From: Burkholderiales bacterium
Lineage (GTDB): Bacteria; Pseudomonadota; Gammaproteobacteria; Burkholderiales; Burkholderiaceae_C
NCBI GenBank assembly: GCA_038236495.1
Contig: JBBRZR010000001.1
Coordinates: forward strand, 1 to 54,458
Reading direction: 5' to 3'
Length of the DNA: 54,458 nt
The stretch's first letter is position 1, and each line of letters starts with the position of its first letter. Shown here one piece after another: positions 1 through 8,377 of this stretch. The notes below the pieces were generated by a model that had not been told where the DNA came from, ran no database searches, and saw nothing but the letters and a program-made list of their open reading frames with translations. A program made the position numbers and the translations under genes.

Positions 1-159
1 CCGGTCATGGCCGTCGACAACCCGGCGCGTTGCACGAAGCGATCGGTCGTGCGATCAACCTTGATCAACGCGGAGCTCGACCTGCCGCGCCTGCCTGCCT
101 GCCGATCACCCGATAATCCGGCCAGGATTGCTACACATCACACCGCACCGGAGACCTCC

Positions 160-627
160 ATGACGTCTGGAACTGATTTCGTTCATCGCCGCACTGGATT
201 CGTGGCGCTCATCGCGGTGGGCCTAGGCCTGCCGCTTGCCGGCTGCCAAAAGACCACCACGACCCAGGAAACGCCGAGCGGTACCACCACCACCACGACG
301 ACGACGACCTACAACACGCCAACGATGCCGGCGTTGAGCGCATCGGCCAGCGCGATGGCCAAAGAGGCGATGGCGGGCGCCAGCCAGGCCTTGAACAAAG
401 CGGAGGACAAGCTCGACAACGGCGCGCTCACGGCCAAGGTCAAGACTGCCTTGCTCACCGCCGCCGACGTCAAGGCGATGCAGATCGACGTCGACAGCAA
501 GGACGGCGTCGTCACCCTGATCGGCACGCAGGAAACGGCGGCTGCCGTCGAGCGTGCCGCCGCGGTGGCGCGCGGCACCGACGGTGTGGCGTCGGTCGAG
601 AACCGGTTGACAGTGAAGGCCCCCTGA
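160..627 (+). CDS. BON-domain (OsmY-like) lipoprotein
   Basis: ATG at 160 after GGAG; lipobox LAGC; Thr-rich linker; C-terminal BON signature (LTAKVKTALL...IDVDSKDGVVTLIG...GVASVENRLTV). The track ORF from 7 is over-extended. Confidence 0.85.
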   Translation: MTSGTDFVHRRTGFVALIAVGLGLPLAGCQKTTTTQETPSGTTTTTTTTTYNTPTMPALSASASAMAKEAMAGASQALNKAEDKLDNGALTAKVKTALLTAADVKAMQIDVDSKDGVVTLIGTQETAAAVERAAAVARGTDGVASVENRLTVKAP

Positions 628-837
628 GGCGCATGGGCGGCTGAATACCGCCGAGCCTTCGACCGCGGCAATGATGAAGCAAGCCTGGCGGTGCGAAAGT
701 GGGACGCACTGTGCGGCACCCCAGGTTGTGCCCGCGCGCCCTGCATGCCGACGCTGCGACAACGCCCGCAGCGGATCCGACGGACCCGGCAGACCCAGCG
801 GCGGCAAGGCAATCCGGGCGTCACAGGATGCGACCGC

Positions 838-2997
838 ATGATGCCCCTGCGCGCACTGCCCGCCTATCTGATCAACGGCATGACCGTAGCGGCGGGCATT
901 GGCGTGGTGCATGCCTTGGGCGCCCAGGTGGGCAACCCGCAGCTCGCGCAGCTCGCACTCAGTGGCGCCGTCTGCGCGAGCCTGGCCGACCTGCCCAACC
1001 CGCCGCACCGCACTGCCTACCGTGTCGGCGCAGCGGCGCTGCTGGGCGTGCTCGGCGCATCGATGGTGGGCCTGCTCACACCGCACCCGGTGGCGCTGGG
1101 TTTCGGCATCGCCGCTGTGGCGTTCGTCGCCATGATGGCGATGGCCTGGGGTCCGCGCGCCGGGCCGGTGGCTTTTGCGCCGATCCTGTCTATCGTCTTC
1201 TCGATGGCCGCGCCACCCCAGCCCGGCACGCTGCTCGTCAGCGCAGCGTGGCATGGCGCGGGCGCAGCTGCGTACCTGGTTTGGGCGCTGGCCTGCTCCG
1301 CACTGCTGCAGCGTCGCTACCGCCTGCTCATGGGGGCCGAGGCGGTAGACGCCGCAGCCGGCCTGCTGCGATCGCGCGCCGCGTTGCTCAGCAGCGTGGC
1401 CGGCCCCTTGCCCGACCTGCAGCGCCAGGCGATGCGGGGCTGGGTGCAAGCCGAGGCCGCACTGGCCGAGCGCCTGCAGCAGGCGCGCGATTTCGCCTTC
1501 GCCCATGCCGGCCGCACGCCGCGCGATGCGGCCCTGTTGTTGCGCACGATCGAGCTGCGCGACGAGTTGCTCACCAGCCGCCTCGACATCGACCGCCTCG
1601 GCCACGACAACGCGAGCCGCTGGCTGCTCAGCCGGACCGCGGATGCGCTGCGTGCCATCGCCGGCGGTCTCGACGCGGTGGCGTCGGCGCTTCGCGAGCA
1701 GCGCGTGCCGGCGTCCGGCCCCATGCCCGCCGCGCGGGCCGCGGACGACTACGCCGACGCACCCCTGGCCGACGACGACCCGCGGCGCCGCCTGTTGCCG
1801 TCGCTGCGCTTGCGCCTGCGTGCGCTGGGCGACAGCGTCGACGCACTCGGCGCACTGCTGCGTGGCACCGCGCCGCTGCTGCCGCTCACGCCAGTTCAGC
1901 TTGCGCGCTTTGTCGCGCCTGAAGGCTGGCCGCTGGCTGCGCTGGCCGCGCAGTGGCATGGCCATTCACCCGTGCTCAGGCACGCGGTGCGCGCCGCACT
2001 GGCACTGGGCTGCGCCTATTTCATCGCCCGTGCCCTGCCGTGGGCGTCGCACCCGCACTGGCTCGTGCTGAGCGTCGCGGTGGTGCTGCGCGGCAACCTG
2101 GAGCAGACGCTGAGCCGGCGCAATGCGCGGGTCGGCGGCACCCTGCTGGGCTGCATGGTCGTGGTCGCGCTGGCGGGCCTGCACTCAGCGCCCGTGCTCG
2201 GCGCGATCTTCCTGCTCTCGGTCGGCACGGCCCATGCCTTCGTGCTGCGCCGCTACTGGCTGACCGCCTGCGCCGCCACCGTGATGGCGTTGTTGCAGGC
2301 GCATGCGGTCAATCCGGCCACCGGCTTCGCAGTGCCCGAACGCGTTGCCGACACGCTGCTCGGGGTGTTGCTGGCCTGGGCCTTCAGCTATGTGCTGCCG
2401 TCCTGGGAGCGTCGGCAGCTGCCGGCTGCCGTGCACCTGGCGCTGGGCGCCATCGACGACTACGCCGCCCACGCGCTGCACTGGCCCGTGGTGGATGCCG
2501 TTGAACCGCGGCTGGCACGGCGCCGCGCCTACGACGCGCTGCAGGCCCTTGCCGGCACGCTGCAACGCAGCGCTGCCGAGCCGCGCCAAGTGCAGGTACC
2601 GGTGGCCGCCATCGCGGCGCTGCTCGACCACGGCCAACGCCTGATGGCACTGCTGTCGGTGGTGCGGCTGATTCTCGGCCGGGGCGGCGAGCGCCTGCAC
2701 CCCGGCGAGACCCGGCAGGCGTTACGCGACACGCTTGACACGCTGCACCTTGCACTGGACCCGAAGACGCTGGACAGCGCTGCAGCAGTGCCGACAACGC
2801 CGCCGGGCCGCACCAGCCAGACACCGGAGGACGCCGTGCTGGCCGACGACATCAACGAGACCTTCATGCGCCTGCCGCCGACCGACCCCGGAGCCGACCC
2901 GATGGCCTGGCTGCGTCGCCGCTTGCGGGGTCTGGCCGAGGACGGGCGACAACTGCGCAGCGCTGCGCTGAAGGCCCTGTCCCCGGCGCACGACTAA
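838..2997 (+). CDS. FUSC/YccS-YhfK family membrane protein
   Basis: Two hydrophobic blocks; second has LRHAVRAALAL...HPHWLVLSVAVVLRGNLEQTLSRRNARVGGTLLG and ERVADTLLG, typical of FUSC. Start 838 or 841. Confidence 0.8.
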   Translation: MMPLRALPAYLINGMTVAAGIGVVHALGAQVGNPQLAQLALSGAVCASLADLPNPPHRTAYRVGAAALLGVLGASMVGLLTPHPVALGFGIAAVAFVAMMAMAWGPRAGPVAFAPILSIVFSMAAPPQPGTLLVSAAWHGAGAAAYLVWALACSALLQRRYRLLMGAEAVDAAAGLLRSRAALLSSVAGPLPDLQRQAMRGWVQAEAALAERLQQARDFAFAHAGRTPRDAALLLRTIELRDELLTSRLDIDRLGHDNASRWLLSRTADALRAIAGGLDAVASALREQRVPASGPMPAARAADDYADAPLADDDPRRRLLPSLRLRLRALGDSVDALGALLRGTAPLLPLTPVQLARFVAPEGWPLAALAAQWHGHSPVLRHAVRAALALGCAYFIARALPWASHPHWLVLSVAVVLRGNLEQTLSRRNARVGGTLLGCMVVVALAGLHSAPVLGAIFLLSVGTAHAFVLRRYWLTACAATVMALLQAHAVNPATGFAVPERVADTLLGVLLAWAFSYVLPSWERRQLPAAVHLALGAIDDYAAHALHWPVVDAVEPRLARRRAYDALQALAGTLQRSAAEPRQVQVPVAAIAALLDHGQRLMALLSVVRLILGRGGERLHPGETRQALRDTLDTLHLALDPKTLDSAAAVPTTPPGRTSQTPEDAVLADDINETFMRLPPTDPGADPMAWLRRRLRGLAEDGRQLRSAALKALSPAHD

Positions 2998-3081
2998 CTG
3001 TCGTCTTCAGGCGCGCCGGTGATGGCGATCAGCGCCTTGTGGTCAGCCTTTGGCGACGACTCGATGCCCGGTGCGATCAGA

Positions 3082-3558
3082 TCACAAACCGCTTCTCGGC
3101 CTGACCGACAGTGCCACAACCGTCGCCCCTGCGCCGACCATCAGCGCGTCTTCGATCAAACCGCTGCGGGTTTGACCGATGCGCGCCATGGCGCGCTTGC
3201 GCGCGGCCAGCGTGAGGTAGGCCAGTGGCAGGGCAGTTGCCACCGCGGTGATGGCGCCAGCCCGCTCACGACCACGGGGAGCCAATGCAGCGCCGGCGAT
3301 GCCTGCGCTCATGACGCGCGCCACCAGTCCCAAAGACGCGGTGCGGTCAGGCGCAGTCTTCATCTTGTCGCCGAACAATTCACCAACGCCCAGCGCCAGG
3401 GCGCCGAGCTTGAACACCGGGCGGTCCAGCAGCACGAGTCGCCCCGGTGTGCGCTGACCCAACAGCCGCGCTGCTGCGATGCTGGCCATGGGCGTCATCG
3501 ACCGCGCACTGGCAACTGCGCCGATAAGGGCCGAGAAAAGCAGTCCGGGAACTTTCAT
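3082..3558 (-). CDS. DUF4126-like membrane protein
   Basis: GAVASARSMTP, ELFGDKMKTAPDRT and GLIEDA motifs; RBS AAGGGG upstream. Confidence 0.65.
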   Translation of the reverse strand: MKVPGLLFSALIGAVASARSMTPMASIAAARLLGQRTPGRLVLLDRPVFKLGALALGVGELFGDKMKTAPDRTASLGLVARVMSAGIAGAALAPRGRERAGAITAVATALPLAYLTLAARKRAMARIGQTRSGLIEDALMVGAGATVVALSVRPRSGL

Positions 3559-3686
3559 GTTTTACCCCTTCTATTTAACAGCCACTCTGGCCACTTCGGC
3601 GGACGTGCCGTCTTGGGTGACCCAAGTCACTGCAGCCTGCGTCTGCAAATGATGCGAGCAAGGCGTTGGACAGGGATCGGTGCCGC

Positions 3687-4232
3687 TCAGGGTTCTTCGC
3701 GTTCGGTCATGCCCAGTGCGGCCAGCAATGCAGACTTGCGCAGGGCGATCTGTTCACCCATTGCGACCAAATCAAGCTTCGCCTTTCGGCATTGAGGGAA
3801 CAATTCGCCCTCCTCCTCTTTGACATGATGGTCGATGTACTCACCGAGAACCTTGACCTTGGCATCAAAGAACTTGTCCGACGGATCGCTAGACTCGATT
3901 TGTGCAATCAGCTCCTTCGCACTGGCGTGCTCGACTGTCGCTTCATCGACAAGATCAGGCTCTTTGATCGCCGACTCCACAGCGGGGTAGAAGAGTTCCT
4001 CCTCTACCGTAGCGTGCACTGTCAACAACGTGCAGATCTGCTGCGCAAGCGCTTGCTTCTCGCCAACTTCAACTTCATGGTCGACCAGCTTCTGGTAATC
4101 CTGAAAAAGTGCCTTGACCTCGCGGTGGTCTGCTGTGAGGAGACGCACCGCGTCAGGCGGCCCGCTGGTGCGGGGAGGGGTCTTCGATGCAGTCTTTTTT
4201 GCGGGTGACTTTTGGGCGGCAGCGGTGGGCAT
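3687..4232 (-). CDS. Hemerythrin/HHE cation-binding domain protein
   Basis: DAVRLLTADHREV, HATVEEELFYPA, EH and HHVKEEEGELFP; Lys-rich N-terminus. Confidence 0.9.
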   Translation of the reverse strand: MPTAAAQKSPAKKTASKTPPRTSGPPDAVRLLTADHREVKALFQDYQKLVDHEVEVGEKQALAQQICTLLTVHATVEEELFYPAVESAIKEPDLVDEATVEHASAKELIAQIESSDPSDKFFDAKVKVLGEYIDHHVKEEEGELFPQCRKAKLDLVAMGEQIALRKSALLAALGMTEREEP

Positions 4233-4278
4233 AAGTTTCTTTCAAAAAAAATTGGACGAAATCGTCGCACGTTGCGTG

Positions 4279-4293
4279 GCAATCTGCGTGCCA
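4279..4293 (-). promoter_or_regulatory. sigma54 -24/-12 promoter of the hemerythrin (and probably DUF4126) gene
   Basis: Minus strand TGGCAC-GCAGA-TTGC, a perfect consensus, 47 bp upstream of the ATG. Confidence 0.8.
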
Positions 4294-4359
4294 CCCCGCT
4301 CGGCGCGGCACGGCCGCCACCAAATGGTCGAACGTCGCCAGAAGTCCGGTGCGTGATAC

Positions 4360-4530
4360 ACCAGACGGGCTGGACGTGTTGGCCATCGAGCCGAGTGGCG
4401 TCACCACCGATCCGTCTTTCGCAAGCACAGGGCGATTCAACATGCGACTGGCCGGCGCGCGCGCGGCCTGCCGATGACGCCCGACAAGGTGATGGTGCCG
4501 GACTGAGGGCCGAGGCGGCTTCGTGCGCGG
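4360..4530 (+). pseudogene. Possible frameshifted remnant of an SDR C-terminus
   Basis: Frames read PDGLDVLAIEPSGVTTD, then LPMTPDKV, then GLRA, which resembles SDR C-termini. No start codon. Confidence 0.25.
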
Positions 4531-4558
4531 CTTGAGCGTGCAGGCTGACCCTGCCATG

Positions 4559-5515
4559 TCAGGGCTTGTTGCTGCCCAGCAAATGACCATTGACGACACG
4601 GCCGTACATCGAATCCGGGGAGTCGTGGAACTTCTTGCGTGTCGCTTCGATGGACCCTTCGAACCGGGGATCCTGCGGCCGATCCTGGCTGTTCATGAAC
4701 AGGGCCACATCCCACGCATCCTGGTCGCTCAGCGAGCCGCCCTGGCTCAGCGGCATGTTGGCGCTGATGAAGCTTGCAGCGCTGCCGATCTGGTGCATGC
4801 CGGCGCCCCAGTTGAAGGAGTGCGGCCCCCATAGCGGCGGAAACGCCTGCGCCCCGCCGCTGGTCTGTCCCTGGCCGTTCGGGCCGTGGCACAAGGCGCA
4901 GTCGGCGTCATAGATGTGCCGGCCTCGCTCGAAGTTCGCCGCCTGTGCCGGTGCCGCCAGCTTCGCGTAGCCCGTGCCTTGCAACTTGGTCCCGACCGGC
5001 GCGCCTTTCGCAAGCCAATAGGCGTACGACTCGAGTGCGACCAGCACCGGGTCGCCGAGCGGCGGTGCCTTGCCGTTCATGCTGTACCGAAAGCAGCCCT
5101 GGATGCGTGCGGCGAAGGTGCTCACTGCGCCGTCCTTGCTTCGAAATGCGGGGTACGAGACGAAGGCTCCCCACAGCGGCGCGGCGTTCGCGCGGCGGCC
5201 TGCATCGAGGTGGCAATTGGCGCAGTCGAGGCTGTTGCCGACGTAGGCGCCCGCGTTTTGCCGGGTGTGCAGGAAGATCTGCTCGCCCCGCTTCACGACC
5301 TTCCCGAATTCGCCCTCGGGCATCATTGCCTCTGCCGGCGGCACGAATGCCTTCGTCGCGACAGCAACAGTGACAGATGAGGACGCGGCCGAGGACGCCG
5401 AATGCGCAGCTGCAGCGGGGGCCGGATTCGCCGCCGACGCGCAGAACCCGCCAAACAGGCTGAAGGCGCCGAGCACGGCGAGGGTCACCGACGTGATGTG
5501 GTGGCGGGTCGTCAT
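4559..5515 (-). CDS. tsdA: Thiosulfate dehydrogenase, diheme cytochrome c
   Basis: CANCH and CALCH heme motifs; RIQGCFRYSMNG (active-site Cys); FPPLWG..SFNWGAGM; NMP. Confidence 0.9.
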   Translation of the reverse strand: MTTRHHITSVTLAVLGAFSLFGGFCASAANPAPAAAAHSASSAASSSVTVAVATKAFVPPAEAMMPEGEFGKVVKRGEQIFLHTRQNAGAYVGNSLDCANCHLDAGRRANAAPLWGAFVSYPAFRSKDGAVSTFAARIQGCFRYSMNGKAPPLGDPVLVALESYAYWLAKGAPVGTKLQGTGYAKLAAPAQAANFERGRHIYDADCALCHGPNGQGQTSGGAQAFPPLWGPHSFNWGAGMHQIGSAASFISANMPLSQGGSLSDQDAWDVALFMNSQDRPQDPRFEGSIEATRKKFHDSPDSMYGRVVNGHLLGSNKP

Positions 5516-6216
5516 GGCTTGGCGCTCCTGGGCAAGGCCACCGCAGCGCCGGAAGCGGGCAAGCTGGCGTAGTAGTCGGCTACGGCAGCGACATCGTCGT
5601 CAGACAGCCTGGCCGCAATCTTCAGCATCAGCGATTGAGGGCCGGGCGGCCGCGTGCCATGTTTCCACGACTGCAACTGGGCAGCGATGTAGGCGGCGGG
5701 CTGACCCGCGAGCGGCGGAAACGAGTCACCGACGCCCAGTCCCTGCGTGCCGTGACATTGAGAACAGGCCGGGATGTCGGCTGACCATCTGCCCCGGGCG
5801 GCGAGCCATGGCCCGGTCTGGGTGGGCTGGGGGTCGGCGGCCGCGCCAGCGGATAGCGGCTGCGGCCCGCCAAGTCTCGCGTAATACGCTGCCATTGCGG
5901 TTCGCTGCGCCAACGACAGGCCCGCTGCGATCGGCTGCATCACCGGGTTGGCCCGGCTTGCGGACGCGAATGCAGTGAGTTGTGCCGCCAGATAACTTTG
6001 CCCGAGACCCGCCAGCCGCGGAAAACTCGCTGTCTTGTTCCCCTCGCCCAGCGCGCCATGGCAGGTCTGGCAGGCCGGCACGGTGGGGGGCAAACCCCGT
6101 GTGGCAATGACGTGGGGGTCAACGGCCGCCGCTTGCGCTGAAATGGCCGCAGTCGCCAGCCCATTGACGAGGACCAGGCCCAGGCCCAGGCCGCCATACC
6201 GGGTTTTCGCGCGCAT
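5512..6216 (-). CDS. tsdB: Diheme cytochrome c4, TsdA electron acceptor
   Basis: CQTCH and CSQCH, FPRLAG/FPPLAGQ; signal peptide; ATG 6216 after AAAGGA; 4-bp overlap with tsdA. Confidence 0.8.
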   Translation of the reverse strand: MRAKTRYGGLGLGLVLVNGLATAAISAQAAAVDPHVIATRGLPPTVPACQTCHGALGEGNKTASFPRLAGLGQSYLAAQLTAFASASRANPVMQPIAAGLSLAQRTAMAAYYARLGGPQPLSAGAAADPQPTQTGPWLAARGRWSADIPACSQCHGTQGLGVGDSFPPLAGQPAAYIAAQLQSWKHGTRPPGPQSLMLKIAARLSDDDVAAVADYYASLPASGAAVALPRSAKP

Positions 6217-6451
6217 TGCTATCCTTTCAGGTCGGGGCAAACACCCATTCGGCGTTCTGAAGTCTGGTGCCACGCATCAACGTAACGGCGAGCAATTCGC
6301 TTGTCGGTTCGCCAGCGCACCCACGCAACCCGGAGCGGGCTGTACGGCGCAGCCGGTCTGCGAGTTTGGCCACGCTGCCCAGCGACGCCGGATTGACAGC
6401 CTGGGTTCAACGGATGAGACACCAGCTGGGCCGGCGGGCACTGGCACCCGA

Positions 6452-6469
6452 ACCCGGCGACGTCCTACA
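6452..6469 (+). promoter_or_regulatory. Partial TGTMRG-N6-CYKACA palindrome upstream of ku
   Basis: ACCCGG-CGACGT-CCTACA; right half matches the box at 18392. Confidence 0.35.
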
Positions 6470-6543
6470 AGCGGCGCGGTGGCAAGTGCAGTTTCGACCC
6501 GTACCATTGCCCATCGAGTTGTTGGTGACCGGAGAGCTAACTC

Positions 6544-7482
6544 ATGGCTGCACGTTCCATTGCCTCACTGAACTTGAGCTTCGGCTTGGTGTCCATCCCC
6601 GTGCGGCTCTATGCGGCAACCGAGAGCGCCGCCAGCATCAAGTTCAATCTCTTGGCAAAGGACGGCTCTCGCGTCAAGCAGCAATACGTGTCCGAGAAGG
6701 ACCAGACCGTCGTGGCCCGCGCCGACATGGTGAAAGGCTATGAGGTCGAGAAAGACAAATTCGTGCTGTTCTCTGCCGACGAGCTGAAGAAGCTCGAAGA
6801 GGGCAGCAATCACGTCATCGAAATCGTGGCGTTCGTCCCCGAAAAGTCGGTCGACCCGCGCTACTACGACAAAGCCTATTTACTTGCACCCGACAAACGT
6901 GGTGGCAAGCCCTACGCGCTGTTGATGGAGGCCATGCGCAGCAGCGGCAAGTCGGCGCTGGCCAAATGGTCCTGGAAGGCAAAGCAGTATGTCGTTCAGG
7001 TGAGGCCTACGGACGAGGGTCTGGTGCTTCAACAGCTGCTCTATGCCGAAGAGGTACGCTCGTTCAGCGAGCTCGCCATCGAGCGGGTAGATGTCTCCAA
7101 AGCAGAGCTCCAGCTCGCGCTGCAACTGATCGACCAAATCTCGGAACCGTCCTACGACCCGACACAGTTCAAGGACGAAGAGAAGGTTCGTGTGCTGACG
7201 GCCATCGACGCCAAGATTGCAGGCCGAGAAGTCGTGGCCTCTGGCCACGCCGAGGCCGCGCCGACGGGCGGTCAGGTCATTGACCTCATGGCGGCCTTGC
7301 AGGCCAGTTTGGCCAAGAAGCCGCCCTCCGCGGTGGCCGCTGCGGCCAAACCTGCTGCGGCGAAGCCCGCTTCGAACGTCACCGTGATGCCCGAGCCGAA
7401 GAGCCGCAAGGGCGTGAAACGGGCGCCTGCCGTGGCGCCTGAAGTCGTTGCGCCGCCTGTGCGCACACGCGCCAAGAAGTGA
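6544..7482 (+). CDS. ku: NHEJ DNA end-binding protein Ku
   Basis: LSFGLVSIPVRLYAAT, VKGYEV, YYDKAYLL, VIDLMAALQASL; basic C-terminal tail. Confidence 0.95.
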   Translation: MAARSIASLNLSFGLVSIPVRLYAATESAASIKFNLLAKDGSRVKQQYVSEKDQTVVARADMVKGYEVEKDKFVLFSADELKKLEEGSNHVIEIVAFVPEKSVDPRYYDKAYLLAPDKRGGKPYALLMEAMRSSGKSALAKWSWKAKQYVVQVRPTDEGLVLQQLLYAEEVRSFSELAIERVDVSKAELQLALQLIDQISEPSYDPTQFKDEEKVRVLTAIDAKIAGREVVASGHAEAAPTGGQVIDLMAALQASLAKKPPSAVAAAAKPAAAKPASNVTVMPEPKSRKGVKRAPAVAPEVVAPPVRTRAKK

Positions 7483-8321
7483 GCAAGACGACCTCGCCCG
7501 AGGCACCCTTCAGCCTGAAGCGCGTCCAGGAGATGCTCGGGCTTTCTCGAACGACTGTGACACGGCTCATCGCTGCCGGCTTCATTGCGCCAGAACGCGG
7601 GCCGCGCAATGCGCTTCGCTTTTCGTTTCAAGACTTGATACTGCTGCGCACCGCCTTCACGCTTCAACAAGCCCGTGTTCCTCCCCGAAAACTTTTGCGT
7701 TCACTGGCCAGACTGAAGACCGATTTGCCGCAGCGGCTTCCGCTGACGGGCCTACGCATCACAGCCGTCGGCGCTGACGTTGCGGTACGAGACCGGTCTG
7801 GACAATGGCAGGCTGAATCTGGCCAGCTGCTGATGGACTTCGATGTCTCGACCCTGGCGGGGAGCGTGTCGGTATTTCCAAAAACTGCACCACGCGCGTC
7901 GCGGGCATCGACCGACTGGTTTCAACGGGGCGAGGCGCTAGAAGCGGCGGACCGGGGGGCTGCAGAGGCTGCGTATCGACAGGCGATTGCTGCCAACCCT
8001 GACCGCGCTGCAGCCTATCTGAATTTGGGCGCCATGTTCTGCGAGGCCAGCCGATGCGACGAGGCGGTCGAGCTCTACGAACGTGCGGTCGACAAGGTCG
8101 GCCATGATCCGCTCATCCACTTCAATCACGCGATTGCGCTGGAAGACCTCCACCGATTCGACGACGCCGTCGCAGCTTACCGGCGCGTGTTGGCGATCGA
8201 CGGCACTTTTGCAGACGCCCACTACAACCTGGGCCTGCTGCTGGAGCGGCAGGGCGACCGGAGAGGGGCACTGCGGCACTTCAACGCGTACCGGCGCTGC
8301 GCAGCTGCCGACGGGTCATGA
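7479..8321 (+). CDS. MerR-like HTH plus TPR-repeat protein
   Basis: N-terminus VQEMLGLSRTTVTRLIAAGFIAPERGPRNALRFSFQDL; about 4 TPRs (AYLNLG, HFNHA, AHYNLG); GTGA overlap with the ku stop. Confidence 0.8.
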   Translation: MSKTTSPEAPFSLKRVQEMLGLSRTTVTRLIAAGFIAPERGPRNALRFSFQDLILLRTAFTLQQARVPPRKLLRSLARLKTDLPQRLPLTGLRITAVGADVAVRDRSGQWQAESGQLLMDFDVSTLAGSVSVFPKTAPRASRASTDWFQRGEALEAADRGAAEAAYRQAIAANPDRAAAYLNLGAMFCEASRCDEAVELYERAVDKVGHDPLIHFNHAIALEDLHRFDDAVAAYRRVLAIDGTFADAHYNLGLLLERQGDRRGALRHFNAYRRCAAADGS

Positions 8322-8377
8322 GCTGATCGCCCTGCTGCGCAAGCGCTCGACCGCCTGGTCTTTCAAAATCTCGAACC

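Noticed and set aside
283-309. ACC/ACG trinucleotide run
   Set aside because: It only encodes the poly-Thr linker of the BON lipoprotein.
3612-3630. Palindrome CTTGGG-TGA-CCCAAG, with GTGACCCAA resembling the 53887 box
   Set aside because: The second GTGAT repeat is missing and there is no U-tract; no function can be assigned.
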